From: Verrucomicrobiota bacterium
GTDB taxonomy: Bacteria; Verrucomicrobiota; Lentisphaeria; Lentisphaerales; Lentisphaeraceae
NCBI GenBank assembly: GCA_039798785.1
Contig: JBDKFG010000103.1
Coordinates: 1-10,891 of the forward strand
DNA: 10,891 nucleotides
Direction of reading: 5' to 3'
Shown: positions 1 through 7,163 of the stretch, piece after piece
How positions within the stretch are numbered: position 1 is the first letter of the stretch
How the letters are laid out: the number at the start of each line of letters is the position of its first letter
The notes under the pieces: generated by a model
What the model was told of the DNA's origin: nothing
The model's input: the letters and a program-made list of their open reading frames with translations, nothing else
Database searches by the model: none
Program-made: the position numbers and the translations under genes

Positions 1-75
1 GCCAAACACCCAAGGTGGGAGCCCGGTGCGCAAATCGCGCCCGCCGGGATCTGTGCGGGGGGCTCACAGCAATGA
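1..75 (+). CDS. ltrA: C-terminal end of group II intron reverse transcriptase/maturase (partial; starts upstream of window)
   Basis: Frame 1 reads AKHPRWEPGAQIAPAGICAGGSQQ* (TGA 73-75). This resembles the KHPRWEP...ICAGG tail of intron-encoded proteins whose ORF runs through DV. The RT core is not visible. Confidence 0.75.
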   Translation, partial: AKHPRWEPGAQIAPAGICAGGSQQ

Positions 76-91
76 GAGTCCCTACCGCGAT
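1..91 (+). mobile_element. 3' end of a group II intron (domains V and VI; IIB-like, resembles bacterial class E)
   Basis: DV at 19-51 (GAGCCCGGT GCGC AAATC GCGC CC GCCGGGATC) with the AGC triad at 20-22, a 9-position lower stem and a 2-nt bulge. DVI at 55-88 (GCGG GGGGCTC...GAGTCCC TA CCGC) with bulged branch A84, eight nt from the terminal AT (90-91, AY consensus). The class assignment is from recalled similarity. Confidence 0.93.
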
Positions 92-183
92 ACAACAGCA
101 ACAAATGGCGATTCTAGTTCGACCTGCATGACTGCCGGAGGAGTTGCCGAGCGCCCTCGAACACCATAAGCTCTTGCTGTTGT
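92..183. repeat. Imperfect inverted repeat/hairpin forming the intron 3' exon
   Basis: ACAACAGCAA (92-101) pairs with TTGCTGTTGT (174-183). Inner pairings are ATGG 105-108/CCAT 164-167 and GTTCGA 117-122/TCGAAC 157-162. Confidence 0.7.
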
Positions 184-190
184 AGCTGAT

Positions 191-222
191 CCTTTCAATC
201 TTTGAACCTTCCAACCTTTCAA
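191..222. repeat. Degenerate 8-bp tandem repeat x4
   Basis: CCTTTCAA TCTTTGAA CCTTCCAA CCTTTCAA, followed by CTGCGGTTTTTTGGAT. Confidence 0.8.
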
Positions 223-338
223 CTGCGGTTTTTTGGATGAAACTTGTGAAATTCACCAATTCCCTGTGACAAGCACAGGAATGTCCCGCTCGGTAAATTA
301 TAGTGCGAGTCACCCGCAATCCAGATCATGAGCCTGAT

Positions 339-707
339 GTGAATTTATGCCCACGCTGCCATCAGCCGATTTCCGGTGACTCTCCGCTCTGTCCGGACTG
401 TTCCGGCGCATCCGTCTACGATGCTCCTCCGAGGGAGACGCGAGTCCGGCGAGCCCCGCAAGAGGCGGATTTGCCGGTCAACCCCCATGCCAGCAAAGCA
501 CTCGTCTTCGGCCTGCTCACCCTGCTTTGCTGCTGCTTTGCGCTTCCGGCATTGTTTTTCGGTCACAAAGGGATGCGTCATGAAAAGGAGGCGGCGAGCG
601 AGAATGGCAAGGCTTTCTGCATCGTAGGGTTGATCTTCGGTTATTCCTACATCGCCATCTGCCTTGGCCTTTTCCTCTATGTCCTCGCTGAGCTGCTGTC
701 TAAATAA
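339..707 (+). CDS. Zinc-ribbon plus DUF4190-like two-TM membrane protein
   Basis: N-terminal CPRC...CPDC, a Pro-rich linker, then ASKALVFGLLTLLCCCFALPALFFGHKG...GKAFCIVGLIFGY (DUF4190-like pattern). Start is GTG 339 or GTG 303. Confidence 0.75.
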   Translation: MNLCPRCHQPISGDSPLCPDCSGASVYDAPPRETRVRRAPQEADLPVNPHASKALVFGLLTLLCCCFALPALFFGHKGMRHEKEAASENGKAFCIVGLIFGYSYIAICLGLFLYVLAELLSK

Positions 708-730
708 AAAACGAGATAAGGAAGAAACTC

Positions 731-1159
731 ATGAGAATTCGTCCCACTTCGATCACGGTCGTCGGCATCATCATCATTGCCTTCAGCGTCCTGGCGCTTC
801 TTGGTCAGCTGTTTTTGGTGGTGATGATGCAGAATCCGGAATTCCAGAAGCTTCTGCAAGCCGAGCTGCAGGCGCAGAATGCGGCGATGCCGGGCACCGG
901 ACTGTTGATCTACGGATTCGTCGCGATCTTCATTTCGATCGCCTGCGGCTGGGCGATTCTCCTCGGCAAGAATTGGGCCCGTCTGGGCTATGTCCTGATT
1001 CAAGTCGTGGGCACGGTGATCACCTTGATGACGACGCCGAACAAACTGTCAGTGCTTCCTAGCCTGTTGATCGCCATCGTCATCAGTTTCTTCCTTTTCA
1101 GGGCTGAAGCCAACCGGTTTTTCAGTGGGTTGGAAGAGGATGAAGAAGTCAATGCCTGA
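731..1159 (+). CDS. Hypothetical integral membrane protein (about 4 TM)
   Basis: Purine-rich SD-like AAGGAAG upstream. Four hydrophobic segments with RPTSITVV and GKNWAR motifs. The stop overlaps the start of the next gene. Confidence 0.85.
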   Translation: MRIRPTSITVVGIIIIAFSVLALLGQLFLVVMMQNPEFQKLLQAELQAQNAAMPGTGLLIYGFVAIFISIACGWAILLGKNWARLGYVLIQVVGTVITLMTTPNKLSVLPSLLIAIVISFFLFRAEANRFFSGLEEDEEVNA

Positions 1160-2189
1160 CTTTTCTGCACTGACGATTCTGCTTTCTCTCGTCTTGAACG
1201 TGGAGGCGGCGCCGCTTTCTCCCGAGCCTCCGCCGGCCACTGAATTGCAAATGCCGCTGATTGAGCGTCTCTGTCCTGCTGTGGTGGCGAGATGGAAGGG
1301 CCAGGAGATGAAAAGAGAGGAATTCCTCAAGCTGGCGCGCAGCGAAGTCGCGATCCTTGCGGCCGGCAACGACGCCCGGGCCCTGGCTCGGGCTGCGACT
1401 CAGCTCGTCGATGAAATCCACCAGAAACGAGCGGCCTTGGATTGCGCCGCCGGCGAAGGGCTCGTGCCGGACCTGGAGAGCGGCAAGGCCGAATTCCTGC
1501 GCCAGGAGGCGCTGGCCGCTCCGGGGCAGTTCGCGGCCGAGCTCGCCCGCCTCGGATTGAGCCGAGAACAGGCCATCCGCCAAGGAGCTGAGACCGCTTG
1601 CGTCCTTGAATGGCAGGCCCTCCTGGTCACTCGCCAGAGCCCGGGTGAGATCGAGTCCAGACTCTATTACACTCAGAACCCCAAGTTGTTCGAAAGCGCC
1701 GGAGCGATCCGCCTGGGGAAAATCGTCTTCCCCTACGCCGATGCCGCCTCGGAAGCGCTCGCCAAGCAGGCCTGCGCCGCCGCTGAAAACTCGCTGCGCC
1801 AAGGAGAGAGCGACTTTGGCCAGGCCTGCAAGACCTATGGAGCCGTAGCACGCAACGTCGCCGACTGCGGCGGCTTCGTTCCTCTCGAGCACGCCAGGAA
1901 GGAGCTCGAGCCGGCCTATAAACTCCCGGCGGGACAAGTGCTGTCCGTACAAATCCCCGGCTCATGGATCTTGCTGCGCGTCCACGCCAGCCGTGGTCCG
2001 GGGCCGCGGCCCTTCGAAGAAGTCGATGCCGAAATCCGCCGCGGACTCGCCGCCGCCGGCGGCGCCCGCGAGGCGCGGCGGCAATCCCTCGAAGCTCTCA
2101 AGGACGGCGGCTACCGCAATTTCCTGCGGCATCCCGAGCCCGCCCTTGACTCTCGAGGGCGAGCGCTAGATTGGCGGCCTTCACCGTAA
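1152..2189 (+). CDS. Exported PrsA/SurA-like foldase with degenerate PpiC (parvulin) domain
   Basis: ATG 1152 gives a signal-peptide-like N-terminus (MPDFSALTILLSLVLNVEA). VVARWKGQEMKREEF is SurA-N-like, followed by YYTQNPKLF, GESDFGQACKTYG, GSWILLRV and RPFEEVDAEIRRGL. Confidence 0.8.
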   Translation: MPDFSALTILLSLVLNVEAAPLSPEPPPATELQMPLIERLCPAVVARWKGQEMKREEFLKLARSEVAILAAGNDARALARAATQLVDEIHQKRAALDCAAGEGLVPDLESGKAEFLRQEALAAPGQFAAELARLGLSREQAIRQGAETACVLEWQALLVTRQSPGEIESRLYYTQNPKLFESAGAIRLGKIVFPYADAASEALAKQACAAAENSLRQGESDFGQACKTYGAVARNVADCGGFVPLEHARKELEPAYKLPAGQVLSVQIPGSWILLRVHASRGPGPRPFEEVDAEIRRGLAAAGGAREARRQSLEALKDGGYRNFLRHPEPALDSRGRALDWRPSP

Positions 2190-2201
2190 CCTGGAGCCTT
2201 C

Positions 2202-2495
2202 ATGAACTTCCACTATGTCACCGAACACGATCAAGCCCTGGCGGAGCTCAGCCGCAGCGGGCTCGCCTGGCCCGAATCGGGGGAGCCTCTGTTTTTCACC
2301 ACCTCGGCAGGCTTCTTCGCCCTTGCCTTCCAGCAGTCGGGATTCTACCGCGAAGACGAAGAGGAGGAGACTCGCGATTGCGGCCTGATCATCCTCGCCG
2401 AGCCCGGCCGGCAGGCGGAAAGCGCGAAGAAACTGCTGCTTGAGCACCTCGCCGAGATCTCCGCTTGTGACGGCAGTGACGATTCCGGCGACTAA
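2202..2495 (+). CDS. Hypothetical protein (97 aa, acidic)
   Basis: GGAG SD at about 2193. It fills the gap co-directionally with host-like codon usage. No motif recognised. Confidence 0.65.
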   Translation: MNFHYVTEHDQALAELSRSGLAWPESGEPLFFTTSAGFFALAFQQSGFYREDEEEETRDCGLIILAEPGRQAESAKKLLLEHLAEISACDGSDDSGD

Positions 2496-2594
2496 GCTTC
2501 TCAAGTCATCGCCGCCGCCTTTGCTTCGTCCGTGCGACGCTGTAGATTTGCCCATTCTTTTTCGAAACACATCTCAACTCAAGAGGCATCCTCC

Positions 2595-3140
2595 ATGATC
2601 GACCGCCGCCACTTCCTCGGAGCCGCCGCCATCAGCGCCCTCGCCGCCTGCAGCAGCGACAAGGAAAAACGACTCAGAGAGCTCGATCCCGAAAACAGCC
2701 CCGACGGCTACTACCGCAATCCTGCCTGGCTGAACCGTCCCGACCGCGATTTCGACTATTTCCGCGACAACGCCGTCGACGACGAAGGCGTCAGCCGCAC
2801 CCAGGCCTCCCTGTACAAGCACCGCCCCTCGCTGTCCGCCTCCGGCGACCGCCGCGAGTTCCGCATCCGCTTCCACAACGAGCCGCCACATCCTCATGAG
2901 CACGGCCATTACTGGGCTTGGATCGAGATCTTCGATGCCGAGGGCCAGCTGCTGGTGACGCATTTCCCCAATCCGGCCGAGGATGAGGTTTTCTACGGGG
3001 AGAAGGGGGGCGACTTCGCCGCTTATTTCCAGCTTCCCAAGCCGGCGACCGACTGGGTCCGCATCCGCGCCCGCTGCCAGCCGCATGGCGTCTTCACCGA
3101 GTATTTCCGCCTCTCGGATGAGTCGCGGCCCCGGTTTTGA
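2595..3140 (+). CDS. Tat-exported lipoprotein with superoxide reductase/desulfoferrodoxin Fe-binding domain
   Basis: GAGG upstream of ATG 2595. MIDRRHFLGAAAISALAAC gives a twin-Arg motif plus lipobox (Cys19). YKHRP, PHPHEHGHYWAWIEI and RCQPHGVF parallel the SOR motifs EKHVP, HP-x4-H-x-I-x-WI and CNxHGLW. Confidence 0.82.
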   Translation: MIDRRHFLGAAAISALAACSSDKEKRLRELDPENSPDGYYRNPAWLNRPDRDFDYFRDNAVDDEGVSRTQASLYKHRPSLSASGDRREFRIRFHNEPPHPHEHGHYWAWIEIFDAEGQLLVTHFPNPAEDEVFYGEKGGDFAAYFQLPKPATDWVRIRARCQPHGVFTEYFRLSDESRPRF

Positions 3141-3155
3141 TCTCCGCGACCATCG

Positions 3156-3401
3156 ATGATCCCGATCGCCGCAGAAAGCTTTTTCATCGTCTTCGCCACA
3201 CTCGCCGTGCTGGCCGGGGGATTCCTTTGGATCGCCATGTCGCTGCGCACCGGCAGGCTTTACCAGCCCTTCTCCACCGAGAGACTCTGCCGCTGCCGCA
3301 ATTGCTCCCTGATCTTTGTCGTCCCTCGTCGCAGCGAAGACAAGGTTCCCTGCCCGCGCTGTCTCAGTCCTGACCAGTCTGTCGGCAAAGGAAGGGTCTA
3401 A
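3156..3401 (+). CDS. Small single-TM protein with C-terminal zinc finger
   Basis: Hydrophobic N-terminal helix followed by CRCRNC...CPRC. Confidence 0.7.
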   Translation: MIPIAAESFFIVFATLAVLAGGFLWIAMSLRTGRLYQPFSTERLCRCRNCSLIFVVPRRSEDKVPCPRCLSPDQSVGKGRV

Positions 3402-3468
3402 GAGAATCCGCGGCTCCCGGTTCTGTCTGTTCCCCTCTCCACCGTCAACCTCCAACCTCAGACTCTGC

Positions 3469-4044
3469 ATGAGAATCATCGCTGGCGCCGCTCGCGGCAT
3501 ACCCCTGGAGATCGGTCCGAATCCCCTGGTCCGCCCCACCACCGACCGGATCAAGGAGACTGTTTTCAACATGATCGGGCCCCTTGACGGTCTGCATGTT
3601 GCGGATCTCTACGCCGGTTCCGGCGCCCTCGGACTCGAGGCTTTGTCCCGCGGCGCCGCCAGTCTCGTCATGGTCGAAAACGACCGGGCAACCTGCGCGG
3701 TGATCCAGAAGAATCTTGCGAAGGTGCTCAAGTCGATCGGAGCCGCCGCGGCGGATCGCCGCGCCGAAGTTGTTCAGGGCGACGCCGCCGAACCCTGGCG
3801 CCGGATCGGCCTCCCGCAGAAGAAGCTCGACCTTATCCTCGCCGATCCGCCCTACGCCGATTCCTGCGCCGCGGCGGCCGCCCTCCTGCAATCCCGCGAG
3901 CTCGCCAACTGGGCCGGAGCTGGTTGCCGCCTCGTGCTTGAACATCTCGGCGATCTGGCCCTTCCTGAGGCGGGCCCGTGGCGCCTTGTGCGCCGCAAGG
4001 ATTTCCGCCCGACTTGCTTCACTTTCTGGGAATCCGTGCCATGA
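3469..4044 (+). CDS. rsmD: 16S rRNA (guanine966-N2) methyltransferase RsmD
   Basis: MRIIAG start, RPTTDRIKETVFN, DLYAGSGALGLEALSRGA (SAM binding), DPPY and VLEH. The true start is ATG 3469, not 3316. Confidence 0.95.
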   Translation: MRIIAGAARGIPLEIGPNPLVRPTTDRIKETVFNMIGPLDGLHVADLYAGSGALGLEALSRGAASLVMVENDRATCAVIQKNLAKVLKSIGAAAADRRAEVVQGDAAEPWRRIGLPQKKLDLILADPPYADSCAAAAALLQSRELANWAGAGCRLVLEHLGDLALPEAGPWRLVRRKDFRPTCFTFWESVP

Positions 4045-4700
4045 GCAAGAACCACTACCGGGATCTGCCTGAGGATGCCGAATCCTGGGATGAATTCCGC
4101 TGGGAGAAGCTTCTGCGCGATTCCGATCAGTTCGCCCATCATTACTTCCAGTTGATGAAACGATTCGGCAGCCTGCCCGAGGGCGAGATCCTGATCGACC
4201 AGCACCTCGGCTCGAGGAAGCTGCCGACGCCTCCGGAATCCTCGGAGTTCTTTGTCGACGGAGGCGACTTCGACAGTGCCGACGCTCCTCCCGGGAGCGA
4301 AGAGGAAAATGAGGATTTCGACGGCGGCGGACCCTCGATCTGCGAGCGCCACCAGGCCTATCTCAGCCTGCGCCAATGCGCTCTCGGCTGGTGCAATATC
4401 TTCGCCTCCTTCCTGTCCTCCGAGCACCGTCACATCGGCGCCGGCATTCTCCTCCATCTCGGACGCGCCTGCGGCTACTTCAGCGGCGCCCTCGGCGACG
4501 GCAATTACGAGCAGCCTTCCTGGCACATCGCCTCGGCGAAACGGGCGCTCGACCAGGTCAACTCCGCCCTCGGCCTGATTGATCAGCTGAGTCCCCTTCG
4601 TCCCACCTACCCGAAAGTCACCGATCCGATGAAAGCTACCCTCCGCGAAGTCGAAGACGGCATCATCGACTTCATCGGCAAGATGCGCTTGAAATCCTGA
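4041..4700 (+). CDS. Hypothetical helical protein, translationally coupled to rsmD
   Basis: ATGA overlap at 4041-4044. WDEFRWEKLL N-terminal motif, acidic linker, amphipathic helical C-terminal half. Confidence 0.82.
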   Translation: MSKNHYRDLPEDAESWDEFRWEKLLRDSDQFAHHYFQLMKRFGSLPEGEILIDQHLGSRKLPTPPESSEFFVDGGDFDSADAPPGSEEENEDFDGGGPSICERHQAYLSLRQCALGWCNIFASFLSSEHRHIGAGILLHLGRACGYFSGALGDGNYEQPSWHIASAKRALDQVNSALGLIDQLSPLRPTYPKVTDPMKATLREVEDGIIDFIGKMRLKS

Positions 4701-4774
4701 GGCCGGCCGGAACCCGCTTCGAGAAGCACTGTCTACTGAGACCTGATTTCTTTCATCACCGGAGATCCGAACTC

Positions 4775-6601
4775 ATGAGATTCCTGTTTGCAGGCTGCCT
4801 CGCCGCTATCCTTTTCGCAGGCGCCGCCGCTTTCGCCGGGCCGGATTCCGATGCTCCCGAAGCCGGTGTTTTCGTCCCCGGCAAACGCAGTCTCAGCATC
4901 GAGCCCTTGATCCCTGCGCAATCCAGCTGGCTTCATTTCGGTCAGCCCGGCGAGCCCCCCGAGAATTGGCGCAAGGACCCCGCCGCGGCGGCGAAATGGA
5001 AGCACATCAAGGCTCCCTTGGCTCTCGAGCTCCCCCAGGGTGCCGGCGCCGCAGGCGGGCAGCTTCCCGCACTGCCGCTGCTCAAGACCTTCAAGATCGG
5101 GCGCACCGTCGAAGATTATCACAGCTTCGACCTCAAGCTCAGCTGCGACCAGCCCTGCATCCTCTGGCTCAACGGCCGGGAGCTGCTCCGTCACCGCATC
5201 GCTCCCGACGGCAAACGCCGGAGCAAGAAGACTCCGGGAGGGGGCGGCAATCTCTATCGCCTGCCGGCCAGCGCGCTGAAGCCGGGCGAAAACACCCTGG
5301 CCGTCGAAGTCTTCGCCGATCCGGACAGCCGCAAGGCCCGATTCGAACTCGAATTCGGCGCCGAAGTGCTCGCTCCCGGATCGTCGCAGAACATCCGCGA
5401 TGCCTATCTGCAGCAGCTAACTTCGCACTCGGTCATCATCTGCTGGCGCTCCGATCGCGCCTACGCCGGCTCCGTCGAGGTCGATGGCCGGACTTTCAAG
5501 GAGGCCAGCCCCCAGCGCGATCACTTCATCAAGGTCGAGGGGCTCAAGCCCGAGACGGAATACCGATACAGTACCGTCGACGAGGCAGGCAGGCGGGTCG
5601 AAGGGGGCGAGGAGTACCGATTCCGCACCGCGCCGCCGCCCGGAGCGTCCCGTCCGACCCGGATCTGGGCGATCGGCGACTCCGGCACTGCCAACGCTCA
5701 TGCCGAGGCGGTGTATCAGGCTTACCGCAAGGAGGCCGGCAAGTCGCGAACCGACGTCTGGCTGATGCTCGGCGACAACGCCTACATGACGGGTACTGAT
5801 CCCGAGCACTCCCGCAGCATCTTCCACATGTACCCGGAACTGCTCCGCCAAGCCTGCGTCTGGCCCTGCATCGGCAACCACGAGGGCTATGTCGGAGGCT
5901 TCGACGCCAGGCAGCAGAAGGGCCCCTACTTCCGAGCCTTCGAGCTGCCCAGGAAAGGCGAAGCCGGCGGACTCGCCAGCGGCACCGAGGCGTATTACTC
6001 CTTCGATCACGGCGACATCCATTTCGTCTGCCTCGACAGCGCCGCCCTCAAGGTCACTGCCGATTCGCCGCAGCTCGCCTGGCTGAAGCAGGATCTCCAG
6101 GCCAGCCGTGGCAAATGGCTCGTCGCCTACTTCCATCATCCTCCCTACACCAAAGGCTCCCACGACTCCGACAATCCTCTCGACTCCGACAGAAGGCATT
6201 TCGACGCCCGCGAATTCTTCCTGCCCGTACTGGAGGAGCATGGCGTCGATCTCGTCCTCAGCGGCCACTCCCATGCCTACGAACGCAGCTTCCTGATCGA
6301 CGGTCACTATGGATTGTCGAGCAGCTTCGACCCCAAGATCCACGCCAAGAATGCCGGAGACGGCCGCCCCGACGGGAAAGGAGCCTACGAGAAGAAGGCG
6401 GGCGGCCGGCAGGGAGCGGTTTACATCGTCGGCGGCTCTTCCGGCAAGATCAGCGGCGGACGCCTCAACCACCCCGCCATGTTCACCTCGCAGAACAAGC
6501 TCGGCTCCGTGGTGGTCGATGTCGAGGCCGGGGAGATGAAGATCCGCTTCATCGACGACAAGGGCGCGGTGCAGGACTGGTTCAGCATCAGGAAGCCCTG
6601 A
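4775..6601 (+). CDS. Secreted purple acid phosphatase-family metallophosphoesterase with N-terminal beta-sandwich and FN3-like domains
   Basis: Signal peptide; motifs IGDSG, LGDNAY, GNHE, HHPPY and SGHSHAYERS. FN3-like HFIKVEGLKPETEYRY...FRTAP. N-domain LWLNGREL...LKPGENTLAVEV. Confidence 0.93.
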   Translation: MRFLFAGCLAAILFAGAAAFAGPDSDAPEAGVFVPGKRSLSIEPLIPAQSSWLHFGQPGEPPENWRKDPAAAAKWKHIKAPLALELPQGAGAAGGQLPALPLLKTFKIGRTVEDYHSFDLKLSCDQPCILWLNGRELLRHRIAPDGKRRSKKTPGGGGNLYRLPASALKPGENTLAVEVFADPDSRKARFELEFGAEVLAPGSSQNIRDAYLQQLTSHSVIICWRSDRAYAGSVEVDGRTFKEASPQRDHFIKVEGLKPETEYRYSTVDEAGRRVEGGEEYRFRTAPPPGASRPTRIWAIGDSGTANAHAEAVYQAYRKEAGKSRTDVWLMLGDNAYMTGTDPEHSRSIFHMYPELLRQACVWPCIGNHEGYVGGFDARQQKGPYFRAFELPRKGEAGGLASGTEAYYSFDHGDIHFVCLDSAALKVTADSPQLAWLKQDLQASRGKWLVAYFHHPPYTKGSHDSDNPLDSDRRHFDAREFFLPVLEEHGVDLVLSGHSHAYERSFLIDGHYGLSSSFDPKIHAKNAGDGRPDGKGAYEKKAGGRQGAVYIVGGSSGKISGGRLNHPAMFTSQNKLGSVVVDVEAGEMKIRFIDDKGAVQDWFSIRKP

Positions 6602-6613
6602 GGCGGCGGCGGC

Positions 6614-7138
6614 TCAGTCGCGGTTTCTCATCGCGAAATAAAGCCCTGCATAGACCTTGGGACTCACCAACTGCCCGCCAGCTTCGCGCGCCGCCAGCCA
6701 GTCGCCCGCCTCCTCGAGGGGGATGACGTGGACTTCGATCTCTTCTCCGTCAACCCCGCCGCCACCGCCGCTGGGAAGGGCGTCTTCGGCGGCGACGAAG
6801 GTGACCACCTCGTCACTCAGGCCCGCCGAGGTCGGTCCCCGGCTGAGGACGCGCCAGCGGGCGGCGAAATAGCCGGTCTCCTCGTCGAGCTCGCGCTGCG
6901 CCGCTTCGAGAAGAGCCTCGTCCTCGTGCCCCTCGTCGTCGCCGACCAGCCCGGCGGGCAGCTCGATGATGCGGCGGCCGAGCGGCACGCGCTCCTGTTC
7001 GATCAGGACGATCTCGTCCGTCGCCGTGGTGGCGACGATGGCGACGACGGCGCTTGCCTTGCTGCGCTGGACGAACTCCCAGCGGCCGGATTTGACCAGA
7101 CGCAGAAAGCGTCCCTGATGCAGGATTTCGAGAGACAT
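6614..7138 (-). CDS. NUDIX hydrolase, ADP-ribose pyrophosphatase (NudF)-like
   Basis: EQERVP...IELPAGLVGD...EAAQRELDEETG Nudix box, TSAGLSDE, EEIEVHVIPL. Confidence 0.93.
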   Translation of the reverse strand: MSLEILHQGRFLRLVKSGRWEFVQRSKASAVVAIVATTATDEIVLIEQERVPLGRRIIELPAGLVGDDEGHEDEALLEAAQRELDEETGYFAARWRVLSRGPTSAGLSDEVVTFVAAEDALPSGGGGGVDGEEIEVHVIPLEEAGDWLAAREAGGQLVSPKVYAGLYFAMRNRD

Positions 7139-7163
7139 CGGGAAGGCTCCGATTGTTGAGGAT

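Noticed and set aside
1..190. Retron or DGR interpretation of the RT-adjacent inverted repeat
   Set aside because: Clear DV/DVI identify a group II intron. The IR lies outside the intron, and no template/variable repeat pair is visible.
191..222. Tandem repeat as CRISPR array
   Set aside because: 8-bp units without spacers, and no cas genes.
303..1159. Two small, somewhat lower-GC membrane genes as integron cassettes
   Set aside because: No attC-like palindrome follows either gene (23-bp gap; the second overlaps the next gene). Hydrophobic codons can explain the composition.
4701..4760. Possible terminator (GCTT-CGAG-AAGC)
   Set aside because: Stem too short and no adjacent U-tract. Likewise no terminator in the 12-bp convergent gap at 6602-6613.
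1149..6472. Long - strand ORFs (1149-1952, 2574-3572, 3852-4526, 5417-6472) and alternative-frame + ORFs
   Set aside because: They overlap motif-bearing + strand genes and have Arg/Pro/Ala-rich or mirror-codon composition.
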